Source of the DNA: a virus
DNA length: 64,000 nucleotides
Direction: 5' to 3' (one strand)
IMG/VR virus record: IMGVR_UViG_3300032241_002083
Coordinates: 25,717-89,716 of that record
Below, piece by piece: positions 21,122 to 33,000 of this stretch (position 1 is its first letter; every line of letters starts with the position of its first letter). The notes beneath the pieces were generated by a model that was not told the origin of the DNA, did not search any database, and was given only the letters and a program-made list of their open reading frames with translations. A program made the translations under genes and the position numbers.

Positions 21122-21763
21122 TTATTTTCTTATATCATTATTTTTTTTATCAAAAGTTGTATTATTAGATAATTTAATATTAAACGGATGAAAAGCACAT
21201 ATTTGATGTGCGCCATCAAAATATCCATCAAATCCATCTATTATTGCCATATCAGTGCTATCATTGCCTGTCATAAAAGACACCCACCATGTGGATTTTA
21301 AATTAGATAATTTGTTTTTTAAATAGATTTCATCATATTTATTTTTATATTTATCTTCTATAAATTTAATTGATTTATCAGATGGAGTATGATTAAATCC
21401 CCATTTGTGTATTAGTGGATTTCTTATATTTAAGAAACATTCATAAATATATCCATTACCATTGTTTGCATAATAAATTACATCTTGTTTATTATCGGCA
21501 AAATAAAATCCAGCAAAATTATTCGTTCTTTCTTTTTTTTCAGCATTTATATTAAATTCATTAAATAAGTTGTATGAACCATGATACATAATTTTTGGTT
21601 CGCCATTTTCATCTAATACTTTTGAGCCTTCGTTTTTTTCCCAATCACCAAACCAATTTTTAAATTCTGGTGTTCGAACTATATGCCATTGTGTTTTATT
21701 TAAATTAGAAATATTACCATTTGGTGCTAAATTATGGTTTTCAAAAAGTCTAATATATTTCAT
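21122..21763 (-). CDS. ADP-ribosyltransferase-like (ART-PolyVal type) protein with capsid-targeting-like N-terminus
   Basis: [44 protein letters not shown]; starts MKYIRLFE. Confidence 0.65.
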   Translation of the reverse strand: MKYIRLFENHNLAPNGNISNLNKTQWHIVRTPEFKNWFGDWEKNEGSKVLDENGEPKIMYHGSYNLFNEFNINAEKKERTNNFAGFYFADNKQDVIYYANNGNGYIYECFLNIRNPLIHKWGFNHTPSDKSIKFIEDKYKNKYDEIYLKNKLSNLKSTWWVSFMTGNDSTDMAIIDGFDGYFDGAHQICAFHPFNIKLSNNTTFDKKNNDIRK

Positions 21764-21794
21764 AAACTATATATTAATAAAACATATAAATATT

Positions 21795-22724
21795 ATGGAA
21801 TTAAATGCTAAAATTTATTTAGCCGGACATAATGGACTTGTTGGTTCAGCCATCGTAAGAAAATTAAAAGAATTGGGTTATACTAACATATTAACTAATT
21901 CTTCTAAAGAATTAGATTTAAGATTACAGACATCAGTATATAATTGGTTTTCTGAAAATAAGCCTGAATATGTATTTTTAGCAGCAGCTAAAGTTGGTGG
22001 TATAAAATCAAACTCCTTATATAAAGGAGATTTTATATATGATAATTTAATGATTCAAACCAACATAATTAATGCTGCAAAAGTAAATAATGTTAAAAAG
22101 CTTTTATTTTTAGGTTCGTCTTGTATTTATCCTAAAATGTGTCCTCAACCTATTAAAGAAGAATAATTATTATCAGGTTATTTAGAAGATTCAAATGATG
22201 CTTATGCTATTGCTAAAATTGCTGGTATTAAAATGTGTCAAAGTTATAATAAGCAATATAGCACTAATTTTATTTCAGTTATGCCAACTAATTTATATGG
22301 CATAGGTGATAATTACCATCCTGAAAACTCGCATGTAATTCCTGGATTAATTAGAAGATTTAATGATGCTAAAATTGCTAATCAAAAAGATGTTATTTGT
22401 TGGGGTGATGGAACACCTAAGAGGGAATTTTTATTTTCAGATGATTTAGCAGATGCTTGTATTTGGTTGATGAATAATTATAATGATTCTGAAATAGTAA
22501 ATATAGGAACAAGTAAAGATATGACTATAAAAGAATTAACAGAAATAATTAAAAATATAGTTTATCCAGAAGCAAATATAGTATTTAATAATGATTTGAA
22601 GTTAAATGGCACACCAAGAAAAGTATTAGATACAACAAAAATAAACACCCTCGGATGGTATCCGAAGGTGTCATTTGAAGATGGAATAAAACAGGCTTAT
22701 AATGACTTTTTGAGTCAAAATTAA
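21795..22724 (+). pseudogene. fcl: GDP-L-fucose synthase interrupted by an in-frame TAA (22164-22166)
   Basis: [27 protein letters not shown], then IKEE*LLSGYLEDSNDAYAIAKIAG in frame, PTNLYG, WGDGTPKREFL. Confidence 0.9.
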
Positions 22725-22939
22725 TTAGGAAAACTATTGATAAAACGAGGCCAATATAAAATTAACATAATAACAATTATTTTTTTAACTTTATTGAAAT
22801 CTTTTTCTTCAAAAACTTCATCTTCGTCAATTTCCATTACTTTTTCTATAAAAAGAGGTATTAGTTTAATATTTTTGAATACAAAAATAAAGCCTATTGC
22901 TATATAGCAATATATAATCCATAGTATAAATAAAATCAT
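22721..22939 (-). CDS. Small membrane protein
   Basis: Two hydrophobic segments. Confidence 0.5.
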   Translation of the reverse strand: MILFILWIIYCYIAIGFIFVFKNIKLIPLFIEKVMEIDEDEVFEEKDFNKVKKIIVIMLILYWPRFINSFPN

Positions 22940-22981
22940 ATAAAATTTAATTGATTACAAATAATGCATTTAATTGCTTCT

Positions 22982-23200
22982 TTACCTTTTTCTTGATTTA
23001 GAGTAATCATTTGCCAAGTGACTTCGCCACAAAATGTTTTCATCCAAAAATAGGTATTTTCCATCATAAGGTATTTTATATAAATTATCCCAATTTTTAA
23101 GAATTGTATTTCCGATCAATTCTGGTGTAATATACACAACCTTATTTGTATCACCCTTTCCGTGACCATATTCTCCATCTATTTTAAGAAAATTTTTCAT
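22982..23200 (-). CDS. Hypothetical protein
   Basis: Likely start MKNFLKIDGE at 23200, overlapping the upstream stop. Confidence 0.5.
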   Translation of the reverse strand: MKNFLKIDGEYGHGKGDTNKVVYITPELIGNTILKNWDNLYKIPYDGKYLFLDENILWRSHLANDYSKSRKR

Positions 23201-24323
23201 TAAAAAACTTTTGTCTTGTTTTATAAATAAATTTCTTGATATAATTGATATGCTCAAATTTATCTGGTAAATCAGAATTTTTGAATAATTCATCCATTTT
23301 AGCCAAATTTTCATCAGATTTATCAATTAGAGTTTGTAAGTCATACTTACCTTTACGAATATCTATCAAATATTCTCTATTAGGACGAAATATATTAATA
23401 GTTTTGTGTAAAGGTATTTCCATAGCAGTTTCAATAATTCTTATATTATGAAGAATATTTTTACCGTCTATTTTTTGACCATGCCCCTCTACATCAACAT
23501 ATCTATCAGTATTTCTGTTTTCTAACCAATATTTATATTGTGCCCATTTTTTACATGCCTGTGAATAAGCATCTTTATGAAAGAAAAGAATTGCTAATGG
23601 TTTATCACCAATTTCTATTTCAGAAAGGCAAACATCATTTGCATCTTCACCAGTTGTGATACCTCTATATTGATAAGTAGTAGAATGAAAAAGTAAATAA
23701 GAATCTCTAAAATGCTCAAGTTTAGAAAGACCGCAGTTTTCGGTTTTAAAACTATTTTTTTCCAACCATTCAGTATATTTAATAGCATTAGTATCAAACA
23801 TTTTACCATCCTTAATAGAAGAAAAATCATAAACAGAGCATAATTGTTCAACGGTTTTACGTTCAATTTTTTCTTTTTCCCAATTCATCATTTTATCTTT
23901 TCCTTTTGCTTGATGTATCTGTCCTGATGCATAATTTGCGAAACTATGTCGAAGATTTTTGGTCAAAAAAATATCCTTAAACTTTAAGATTTCTCTAAAA
24001 GTATCAGTAATATGAACGATACAATTCTCTGGGGAATAAAGCAATTCTAACTGATTAGGATCGCCTTTTGAGCAAGAAGTTAAAAACTTTTCTAATTCAA
24101 AGTATTTTTCATCCTTATTTATGATTATTTCATCACGGTAGCCGTTGATATATTTATCATAAGGGTCTTGTAAAAAGACACCTTTATAATCGACATCCGA
24201 ACCAGCCTGGGACTCTGTTTTTTCAATGTTTGTTCCGTATGCTTGCGAGCCGACTATACATTTAAATATTATTACATGATTTTGGATCTTTAGCAAACAT
24301 TCTTTTTCTTTCTGGATATTCAT
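23184..24323 (-). CDS. Pol-beta-superfamily nucleotidyltransferase (RlaP/NrdC.11-like)
   Basis: VGSQAYGT....SDVDYKG, G.PN.LELLY, YA..Q, K...H..R, IRKGKY, SDLPD. Confidence 0.8.
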   Translation of the reverse strand: MNIQKEKECLLKIQNHVIIFKCIVGSQAYGTNIEKTESQAGSDVDYKGVFLQDPYDKYINGYRDEIIINKDEKYFELEKFLTSCSKGDPNQLELLYSPENCIVHITDTFREILKFKDIFLTKNLRHSFANYASGQIHQAKGKDKMMNWEKEKIERKTVEQLCSVYDFSSIKDGKMFDTNAIKYTEWLEKNSFKTENCGLSKLEHFRDSYLLFHSTTYQYRGITTGEDANDVCLSEIEIGDKPLAILFFHKDAYSQACKKWAQYKYWLENRNTDRYVDVEGHGQKIDGKNILHNIRIIETAMEIPLHKTINIFRPNREYLIDIRKGKYDLQTLIDKSDENLAKMDELFKNSDLPDKFEHINYIKKFIYKTRQKFFNEKFS

Positions 24324-24705
24324 AGCCTATTTCGTTTATTATTTTTCTTGTTTTTCGTTTGTCTATGTTAAATTGTAAAGATATTTGTCTAATACTATAA
24401 CCTTTATCTAAAAGCGAAACAATAAGACTGCATTCAATATCTTTTAAATTATCTGTGTTTATTTCATATGCATATAACTTTTCATCACTATAAAATCACT
24501 CAAAATCATTTATCGTAAAATCTAACCACTCAAAGCCAATAGAATACCATAATCCGAATGGCTTTGATACTATACCTTTATTTTTTTGCTCTGTAATTTT
24601 TGTTTCAATTTTATTACAATGAGTTACATGTAACTTAGTTTTAGAATCAATTCCTAATGCTTTTAATTGCGATTTAAAAGAGTTTGTATGTCCGCTGATT
24701 TTCAT
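24262..24705 (-). pseudogene. Hypothetical gene with in-frame TGA (24496-24498)
   Basis: KPFGLWYSIG.EW...FE*FYSDEKLYAYEI stays in frame for 77 more codons; extended frame overlaps the next gene, so the tail is uncertain. Confidence 0.4.
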
Positions 24706-24817
24706 AATAACAAAGATACAATTTTTTTTAATTTTCTTCAAAAAAGAGAAACATATTTTTTTCAATTATTTCTCTTGCGGGGGAAGGAAATGTTTTAATA
24801 TATAAAAATAAAATAAT

Positions 24818-25516
24818 ATGAATAATTATATAGGAATAGATATAAGTATAAATAGCACTGCGGTTTATATAAATAGCAAAAAAGGAGAAACGATATTATC
24901 TTTTACTAACAAAAAGGATAATAATGTTTATATAAAAGGATTAGATAATTGTGGAGTCAAATTCTTTCACAATACTAGAGATGTATCAGAAAATTATTCT
25001 GAAAATGAGATATTAAAATTAATACATTATGCTAAAATTTCTGATTTATTTTTAGAAGAATTAAAGAAATATATTGATGTTAGTGAAAAAACATATTGTC
25101 AAATCGAAGGTTATTCATTTTCAAAAAACACAAGTTCTATTTTAGATATTGTTTCGTTATCCACTTTGATTAGAAGAAATTTATTAACTTTAAAAAATAT
25201 AGATATTACTATAATTTCCCCAAAATCTCTTAAATTAGAAACTTGTAAAATTTGTTATGAGCCAATAAATATTGGAAAAAAGAAACCAAAATATGATTAT
25301 AGAAATAATCAGGGAATTTCTGGTGGTTCGTTTAAAAAGCCAGAAATGTTCAGAGCAATGATTGAAGGTAATATAAGTTCTCCGATAATTTCTTTTTTAT
25401 TAAATTATAAAGATTTGATGGATAGAGATAAAATTCCAAATCCTATAGAGGATATAATAGATTGTATTTTTGCCGGTAAATTGAAAATTAAAGAAATAGA
25501 AAATGTTATTAGATAA
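24818..25516 (+). CDS. RuvC-like Holliday junction resolvase
   Basis: YIGIDISINSTA, IEGYSF, ISPKSLK, K..M, EDIIDC RNase H-fold acidic residues. Confidence 0.7.
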   Translation: MNNYIGIDISINSTAVYINSKKGETILSFTNKKDNNVYIKGLDNCGVKFFHNTRDVSENYSENEILKLIHYAKISDLFLEELKKYIDVSEKTYCQIEGYSFSKNTSSILDIVSLSTLIRRNLLTLKNIDITIISPKSLKLETCKICYEPINIGKKKPKYDYRNNQGISGGSFKKPEMFRAMIEGNISSPIISFLLNYKDLMDRDKIPNPIEDIIDCIFAGKLKIKEIENVIR

Positions 25517-26690
25517 ATTTGTTGAGATAGAAGTAAAATCCTCAAGAATTATAGGTGAATTAAAAAAAATAGATTTATATGTAAAAATTGGTGAAATAAT
25601 ACAATTGGATATAAATAAATTATGGAAAAATTCGAACATAATGATTAATGTTAAATGCGATGTTTGTGATTTAAAAAAATCTATTTCTTATGCTTCTTAT
25701 AATAAAAATTATTTTAAGCATAAAATATATTGCTGTTCTAATAAATGTGCTGTTATTAAAAATAATTTAACTAAATTAGAAAAATATGGAGATAAAAATT
25801 ATACAAATCCAAATAAAGCAAAAGAAACAAAAGAAATAAAATATGGAAATAAAAATTATATTAACCATCAAAAAATAAAACAAACTAATATTAAAAGATA
25901 TGGAGATGAAAATTTTAATAATCGTGATAAATATAAAGAAACTTGTTTAGAAAAATATGGAGTTACTAATTCTTTTTTAATAGAAGAAGTTAAAGAAAAA
26001 ATAAAAAAAACAAATATTAAAAAATATGGAATTGAAGATGCAAGAAAATCAGAAATTATAAAGGATAAAAGAATTAAAACATTAATAGAAAAATATGGAG
26101 TTGATAATTATTCTAAAACAGAAGAATTTAAAGATAAAGTTATAAGAACATCCATTGAAAAATACGGAGTTGATAGTTTTAATAAATCACAAATAATGAA
26201 AGATAAAAAAATCGAATCTATGCTTAATAAATTTGGATATATATCAAATTCAATGACATATGAAAGTAAAGAGAAATTAAAAAAAACTAATTTAGAAAGA
26301 TATGGAGTTGATTATCCAATGCAGGTTGAAGAATTTTATTTAAAACAGCAAAAAAATTCATTTAAAATTAATTATTTAAATGGTATTCCATATCAAAGTT
26401 CTTATGAGAAACATTTTTTAGAATTTATGGAGCAAAATGGACTATTTAATGAAATAAAAAGAGGAAAATTTATTAAATATGAATATGAGAATAAAATAAA
26501 AATACATTATCCAGATTTTTTTATCGAAAAATTTAATTTAATAATTGAAATTAAATCAAGTTATTATTATAATAAATTTTTTGAAAAGAATAAAGCAAAA
26601 ATGGAAAAATGTATATCAGAAGGTTATAATTATTTATTTATTATAAATAAAAATTATGAAGTTTTAAAATACATATTATTTTATGGTTGA
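25503..26690 (+). mobile_element. Homing-type endonuclease with xxEKYGVxN repeats and PD-(D/E)XK C-terminal domain
   Basis: Multiple LEKYG/IEKYGVD repeats; SSYE, HYPDF..IIEIKS. Confidence 0.7.
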
Positions 26691-26730
26691 TGATTGTAGC
26701 AACTATTATATATTTTTTAATATAAGGAAT

Positions 26731-27228
26731 ATGAAAAAAAGAAATAATTTAAGAAGATATATTACTAAGGTAATGCAAGAATCAAAAGAGGCAAAATCTA
26801 AAAAGTATGTAGATACTTTTAAGTATTGTAAATATACGCCTGAAATTTCTGAAAAATTCTATAAATTTTTAGATTTAAGTTTAAAAATGCCTTTTGAAAT
26901 TCAAAATGAAAAAGATAGTTTTATTTTGACGATTAATTTATCAGAATATGATGACTCAAAACAAAATAATAATAAATCTACAATCACATTATATGATGAT
27001 AATTTTATAACATTTTACATAACCAAAAATAATTTTAAAATAACTAAAAATCATATGGAAATTTGTGGCTATCAAGATCCAAATATATACGAACTTTATA
27101 AAATTAAATTTGAAGAAAATTATAAAAAGAAATCTGATGAATCATTCCACAAAACAATTAATGAAATTTTAGATATTATACCTCAAATCGGTAGAGAGTA
27201 TAAAATTGACGAAATACTAAAAGATTAA
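26731..27228 (+). CDS. Hypothetical protein with C-terminal REYKIDEILKD tag
   Basis: ORF track; motif family. Confidence 0.6.
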   Translation: MKKRNNLRRYITKVMQESKEAKSKKYVDTFKYCKYTPEISEKFYKFLDLSLKMPFEIQNEKDSFILTINLSEYDDSKQNNNKSTITLYDDNFITFYITKNNFKITKNHMEICGYQDPNIYELYKIKFEENYKKKSDESFHKTINEILDIIPQIGREYKIDEILKD

Positions 27229-27260
27229 AACTTTTCGATTGATTTAAACTATCATGTAAT

Positions 27261-28949
27261 ATGATAATAAGCGAAATTACAATTAAAAATTTTAAATCCT
27301 TCGGCAATAATGAGCAAACTTTAAAACTTAATACTAATAAAGGTGAGTTAATACTTTTAGCCGGTTCAAATGGTAATGGCAAATCATCTTTGATAGAATC
27401 GTTTGAATATATTTTGTATGGAGCAGTCAAAAGTGGTAAAACTAAAAAATGGGCCACGCTTTCATCGCTTCCTAATAGAATTAATGGTGAATTATTAACA
27501 AAAATAGTTTTCACTTCTGGTGGAACAGAAGTGAAAATTGAAAGAGGTTATGATCCAGCCGTTCTTAAACTAACTGAAAATGGTGTTTTAAACGAAAGAG
27601 CCGGTAAAACTAATATAAATGATTTAATTGAGAAATATATTGGATTTGACGTTGAAACATTTAAATCTTTTATTTCTATGTCGGTTAATCATTTTAAAAA
27701 TTTTATTTCTCTTTCTAATGAGGAAAAACAAATTCTTTTAGATAAGTTATTTAATTTAGAGGTTATTAATCTTTTAAACTCTATATTGAAGGACTTAAAT
27801 AAATCAAATAAGAATTTAATTTTAAAGCATGAAACTGAAATTTCTACTCTGGAACAATCAATTAATTCAATTCGCCAATCTATACTGAAATCTTTAGAAA
27901 AAGAGCAAGAAGATATACAAGGTGAAATTGAGTCTATTAAACAATTAATGGAATCTCAAAAATCTAAATATGCTGAATTGAAAGAAAAGGTTGAAAAAAT
28001 TAAATTAAAAGATCAAGAATTAAAGCAGCAACTTGATAAAGAAAGAGAGGCACATATGTCAATTCAAAATGAATTAAGAAATACACAAAAAAGTATTGAT
28101 TTATATAATTCTGGTAAATGTCCTACCTGTCAAACTCCTTTTGATAGTGAGCATTTTGTTAGTTTATTAGAAACTTTGATTGAGAAGAAAAAATCATCAG
28201 AAGGAATTATGAATGAAATAGGTTCTAATATAAATGCTTTAAGAGAAAAACAAAAGAAATTAGGAAATATTTCAGAAGAAACTACAAAGTCGTTTAATGA
28301 TATAACATGGCTTTTAAAAAGTTATAAACAACAGATAGATAAATTACAATTAAAAGCAAATTCAAATGAAAAAACTTCTTCTTCGGTAGAAGAGTTTCAA
28401 AAAACTATTGATGAATTATTAGAAAAACAAACGGGAAGTAGAGAAACTTGCGATTTGTTTAAAGAAAAAGAAATTTATTATAAGGAATTGTCAAAAATAT
28501 TTTCTGATGAAGGAGTTAAAAAATCTATAATTTCTGGTATAATTAAACCAATTAATATATTTATTTCGGAAAATATAAAACATATGGGACTTCCATTTCA
28601 AGTTGAATTAGACGAAACATTTTCGGCAAAAATTAAACAATTCGGTATTGAAGTTGAACATGATTCATTAAGTTTAGGAGAAACAAAAAAATTAAATTTA
28701 TGTTTTTTGATGGCATATCTTAAATTGATAAGAACCAAGAAAAATGTTAATATTCTATTTTTGGATGAAGTATTTTCATCATTGGATATGGAAAGTATTG
28801 AATCAGTATTGTTTTTATTAAAAGATTTTTCAACTAATTATAATGTTAATATATTTGTAGTACACCATTCAATTATGAACCAAGAATGGTTTGATAGAAT
28901 AATTGAGATCAGAAAAAATGTGTTTTCCGAAATTATATATATAAAATAG
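27261..28949 (+). CDS. SbcC/Rad50/T4 gp46-like recombination ATPase
   Basis: NFKSFG, GSNGNGKSS, coiled coil with CPTC zinc hook, LSLGE signature, LFLDEVF, HH. Confidence 0.9.
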   Translation: MIISEITIKNFKSFGNNEQTLKLNTNKGELILLAGSNGNGKSSLIESFEYILYGAVKSGKTKKWATLSSLPNRINGELLTKIVFTSGGTEVKIERGYDPAVLKLTENGVLNERAGKTNINDLIEKYIGFDVETFKSFISMSVNHFKNFISLSNEEKQILLDKLFNLEVINLLNSILKDLNKSNKNLILKHETEISTLEQSINSIRQSILKSLEKEQEDIQGEIESIKQLMESQKSKYAELKEKVEKIKLKDQELKQQLDKEREAHMSIQNELRNTQKSIDLYNSGKCPTCQTPFDSEHFVSLLETLIEKKKSSEGIMNEIGSNINALREKQKKLGNISEETTKSFNDITWLLKSYKQQIDKLQLKANSNEKTSSSVEEFQKTIDELLEKQTGSRETCDLFKEKEIYYKELSKIFSDEGVKKSIISGIIKPINIFISENIKHMGLPFQVELDETFSAKIKQFGIEVEHDSLSLGETKKLNLCFLMAYLKLIRTKKNVNILFLDEVFSSLDMESIESVLFLLKDFSTNYNVNIFVVHHSIMNQEWFDRIIEIRKNVFSEIIYIK

Positions 28950-29095
28950 TATTTTTACAAATGGCTTATAAACATTAGGATTAAAAATGGATGTCCTAAA
29001 TATAAAGGATTAAATAAGTGAAAGTTGTTTAAAGAATAATATAAAACTTATAAGAATTCCATATATAGAAAAGAATATAGAAACGATATTAAAAT

Positions 29096-29311
29096 ATGTG
29101 GTTGGTTAATATTAAAAAGATGCCAGATGAATTTTTATTTTCATTAAAAGGAACTGCTGTGGTAAGATTATTCAAAACTTGTGGTTGGAGTCCTATAATT
29201 AATAGATTTGAAAAATGGTGTTGTGAAAATGATTATTGTTTTGAAAATTATTTTATAACACTCTCTGAATGGAGAAATAAACAAATAGATAAGATTTTAG
29301 AAGATGAATAA
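29096..29311 (+). CDS. Hypothetical protein with C-terminal EWRNKQIDKILE tag
   Basis: ORF track; motif family. Confidence 0.6.
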   Translation: MWLVNIKKMPDEFLFSLKGTAVVRLFKTCGWSPIINRFEKWCCENDYCFENYFITLSEWRNKQIDKILEDE

Positions 29312-30032
29312 ATTAAAGAATTATTACGGTATATTAAATATAAACAATGCAGCAACCGCTAAACAAATAAAGTTAGCGTATTATGCTATTTCAAAAGAAA
29401 ATCATCCTGATAAAGGTGGTGATGAAGATATATTTAAAGAAATAACAGAGGCATATAAAATACTTTCAAATAAAGTTTCAAAGGAAGAATATGATAAAAA
29501 ATCTAAATTTGGTGCTAACTACGATGAAACATTAGAAATTTATGATTTTAAATTTAGTAATCAGACAGCGGAATATAAGAGAGATAATGAAATGTATCAT
29601 GATTGGAAGGATAAAGAAGAATTAACTATTATTCTTTATATTGATGATACATTTAATGGTTCTATTGAATATGAAAGATGGGTCCTTTGTAAAAAATGTG
29701 GTGGTTGTGGTAAAGATACAGAATCAAAAATTCAAATAAAAGGTCCAGACGGCACTATTAAATATTTCGATGCTTCTGAAGGTTGTGATTTTTGCGATGG
29801 GACTGGTAAATGGGGTGATAAAGATTGTTTCTTTTGTTTTGGTGCAGGTAAAATAAATGGTAAAGATTGTGACGCTTGTCAAGGTTCTAAAAGAATTAAA
29901 GGAAAACAAAAATTAACAGGTATTAAAATGAAACCAAATGATAAAGATCATAAAGTTGAATTTATGGGTCATGTATCAAAAGATATTCCTGGTAAGGTAG
30001 GACACCTTTGGTTAGTTAGAAAATCAAATTAA
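29304..30032 (+). CDS. dnaJ: DnaJ-like co-chaperone (J domain plus Cys-rich zinc fingers, short C-terminus)
   Basis: NYY.ILN, HPDK, EAY..LS; four CxxCxGx(G/K) repeats. Confidence 0.85.
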   Translation: MNKLKNYYGILNINNAATAKQIKLAYYAISKENHPDKGGDEDIFKEITEAYKILSNKVSKEEYDKKSKFGANYDETLEIYDFKFSNQTAEYKRDNEMYHDWKDKEELTIILYIDDTFNGSIEYERWVLCKKCGGCGKDTESKIQIKGPDGTIKYFDASEGCDFCDGTGKWGDKDCFFCFGAGKINGKDCDACQGSKRIKGKQKLTGIKMKPNDKDHKVEFMGHVSKDIPGKVGHLWLVRKSN

Positions 30033-33000
30033 AAAGATCTTAAACTTGGTGTAGTTTCAACAGATGATGCTAATGGTAGTGTATAGCCAGTGAATATAGC
30101 AGGACTATAAAAACTTCCAGTATAACCAATTTCTGTTGGATTAATTGATAAAACTACATTTCCAATATAATTAAAATTTGCATTAGTATAATCAATATAG
30201 GGAGCATAAGCGATATAAGATGGATATATTGTTTGTGATATATCCGATTCTGTTGCGTATTCAAAGAATGGAATCATATCTGTTTCATAGAATGAAAGAT
30301 TATTTATGCTAATTTGTGAATTAGTTCCGACTAAGAATAAATTTAATTGTTGTTTATTATAGAACCATTCAGTTTTAATAAGATTTGTGGTTAAAGCATG
30401 ATTAAAATTCGTTGAATCATAAATATTACCAAAAACTAAATTGGAAGCTGTATATGTAGTTAAATTCATAGATATTTGGTAATATCTATTTTGAGTCGTG
30501 CTAATATCGATATTATCAATTACAATACCATTATATCCTGAGAATGTAATTGATAGTATGTCAGAAGTATCATAAGTAACATTAGAAGTTATATGAGTTA
30601 TTCCACCTAAAAGATTACTAAATGTCCATCCATTATTTAACAATGAATTTAAACCAAGATTTGTAATATCACTGCTGGCTGGACTATCAAAATTTCCACT
30701 ATTTGGAATCAAATTTCCATATATTGTTGAAGAATATCCTAGTGAATAATTATTTGTATTAGTTGTGATAGAATCTTTAAAATAAGAATTACTGCTTAAT
30801 ATATCGAAAGTTGGAGAGCCATATAAATTTTTTCGATTCTGGTAATAACTATATGTTCCAATTGGTGATGTTTCATAAATCGTAGTTTTTGTATTTATAT
30901 TAACCTGTGATGTAGTTTGATAATTTACATCAATCCAAGAAAGATATAATGAAGAAGTTCCAGTTCCGATATTCTCATCTTTAAATATGAAATTTTGGAC
31001 TAAACCGGTATCATATGTTACTGATGTTGCATATTTTAAATTAGAGGCTGTTGCAATACTGCTAATAAAATGTCCTCCGTCAAAAATTCCATCTATTAAA
31101 TGAGAATCTTTCATTTCTGTAATATATGGGAAACCTTTAAATAACCCATAATTCCATATACCACTAAAATAACCAGATAAAAATGCTCCCGACAACCAAA
31201 CATTTTTACTTAAATAAATTAAATGATTTGGCGAATCTTTCGTAATGTAATTAATTGGAGTAGTTAAAATATATTCTAATACTATATTATCATATGGATT
31301 AGTTGTATCAACATAAACTACCTTAAATTTATCTCTTAGAATTATTCTTTGATTATTAATATCTAAACCAACAACATTTCCAACACTTACATAATCACCT
31401 ATATTAAAAATTGGTAAAGCACTGTCATTTAAAAATTGTAATTGTATTCTATGTGTTACAGAATCTACTCTAATATAAGAACCACCTAAATATAAATCAC
31501 AAAGTGTTAAAGTTGAATCATTTCTCCAACCATTATTCCAAACACCATTTTCCCATATTCCACTATAAAATTGTCCATTTCCGAACATAACTGGTATATT
31601 CCAGGGTGTTTCTGGAATTATATTTGATGGTAAAGAAATTGTTGCTGACAGTGTAATTGAACTACTGGAACCCCATATATTATATTGTGTATTGTTTAAA
31701 TTTTTGTTATAATTTATTTTTGATTCTATAACTTGAGCTGATAAAATAACAACTTCTTCAATATAAGGATTTAGTGGTGCGGTTCTGTAAATACTAAAAG
31801 ATTTATTTGTTCCACTAGCCCAATATGCAATATCTTCTGCAGTATAATTTAGTGTTATTGTAAATGAGCCTATTCCACATAAAGTAGTTGATGACGTATA
31901 ACCAACATTTACAACAACTCCAACCGGCGAAATATGCGGAATAATAGGTGAAATAGGATGAGTTGTTGATATACCAGGCGCATAAGGATAATCTATATAT
32001 CCAGTTATGATTATAGTATAACTAGATGAATAATCTGTAAAAATATCTTTTGTTCCTATGCTATTGAGAGCATAAAGGGTTGATGTGCTAGAATATGTAT
32101 ATGTTAATTGATAATTAGGTTGGGATATTGTTTCGCCTATCCAATTATAAGTATAACTACCACCAATAGAGGTTTCGTGCCAGTAATGTTTATTATAATT
32201 TGATTTCCAATTCCAAAGTAATCCAGAATGAGTCCAACCAAATCCAGAAGGACTCATGTTAGGATTTACAATCATTTCAACAGAGCTTCCCGTGAATATA
32301 TTTAGTATATGTATAGATGTTTCATTTGTCCAATTAGCAATGTTGTAAATTACATATTTAGCTTCTGGATTAGTTATAATCATACTGTCTGTGTCAATAG
32401 AATTTACATCATAATTTGTTCCAAACCAATTACCATTTCTCCATAAACCAGACTGCCAGTAAATATTTTCAGCAGTTCCATATAACCAAGTTCCATTTAA
32501 CCAAATACCACCTAACATGTATCCTCCATTAAATATACCATTTTGCCATTGAGAAATATAAAATGTGCTATTATTTAATTTACCATTTAACCAAATACAA
32601 GAATTGTTGAAGTTAAAATTAAAATTATTTGAATTAGTAGAACCTGATAAACTTTGGTCTATAAATGGATTAAATGCACTATTATTAAATTGTCCATCTT
32701 CAAATGTTCCATTTAACCAAGCACTATTATTTATAATACCTGATGAATTTGAGAAAGTTCCTCCAAGCCATAGCATGTTTTGAAAAGTTACATTTTTACT
32801 AATAATTTTAGTATCATTATATCTAGGCACAACAGGATAAACTCTTTGACTTGGATCTCCTAAATGTGTTTCAGTTACTACAAAGCCATCTAACCAAATA
32901 CCATAATAATTATTATTTGTAAATGAATTTACAAAATTAGATTCATTTTTATAAACTGAAAATGTAGCACTACCATTAAATATACCATTAGTAAATATTC

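Noticed and set aside
28960-29110. Separate functional gene after the gp46-like gene
   Set aside because: Only short fragments resembling endonuclease pieces (GCPK; NNIKLIRIPY) in different frames; treated as a decayed remnant.
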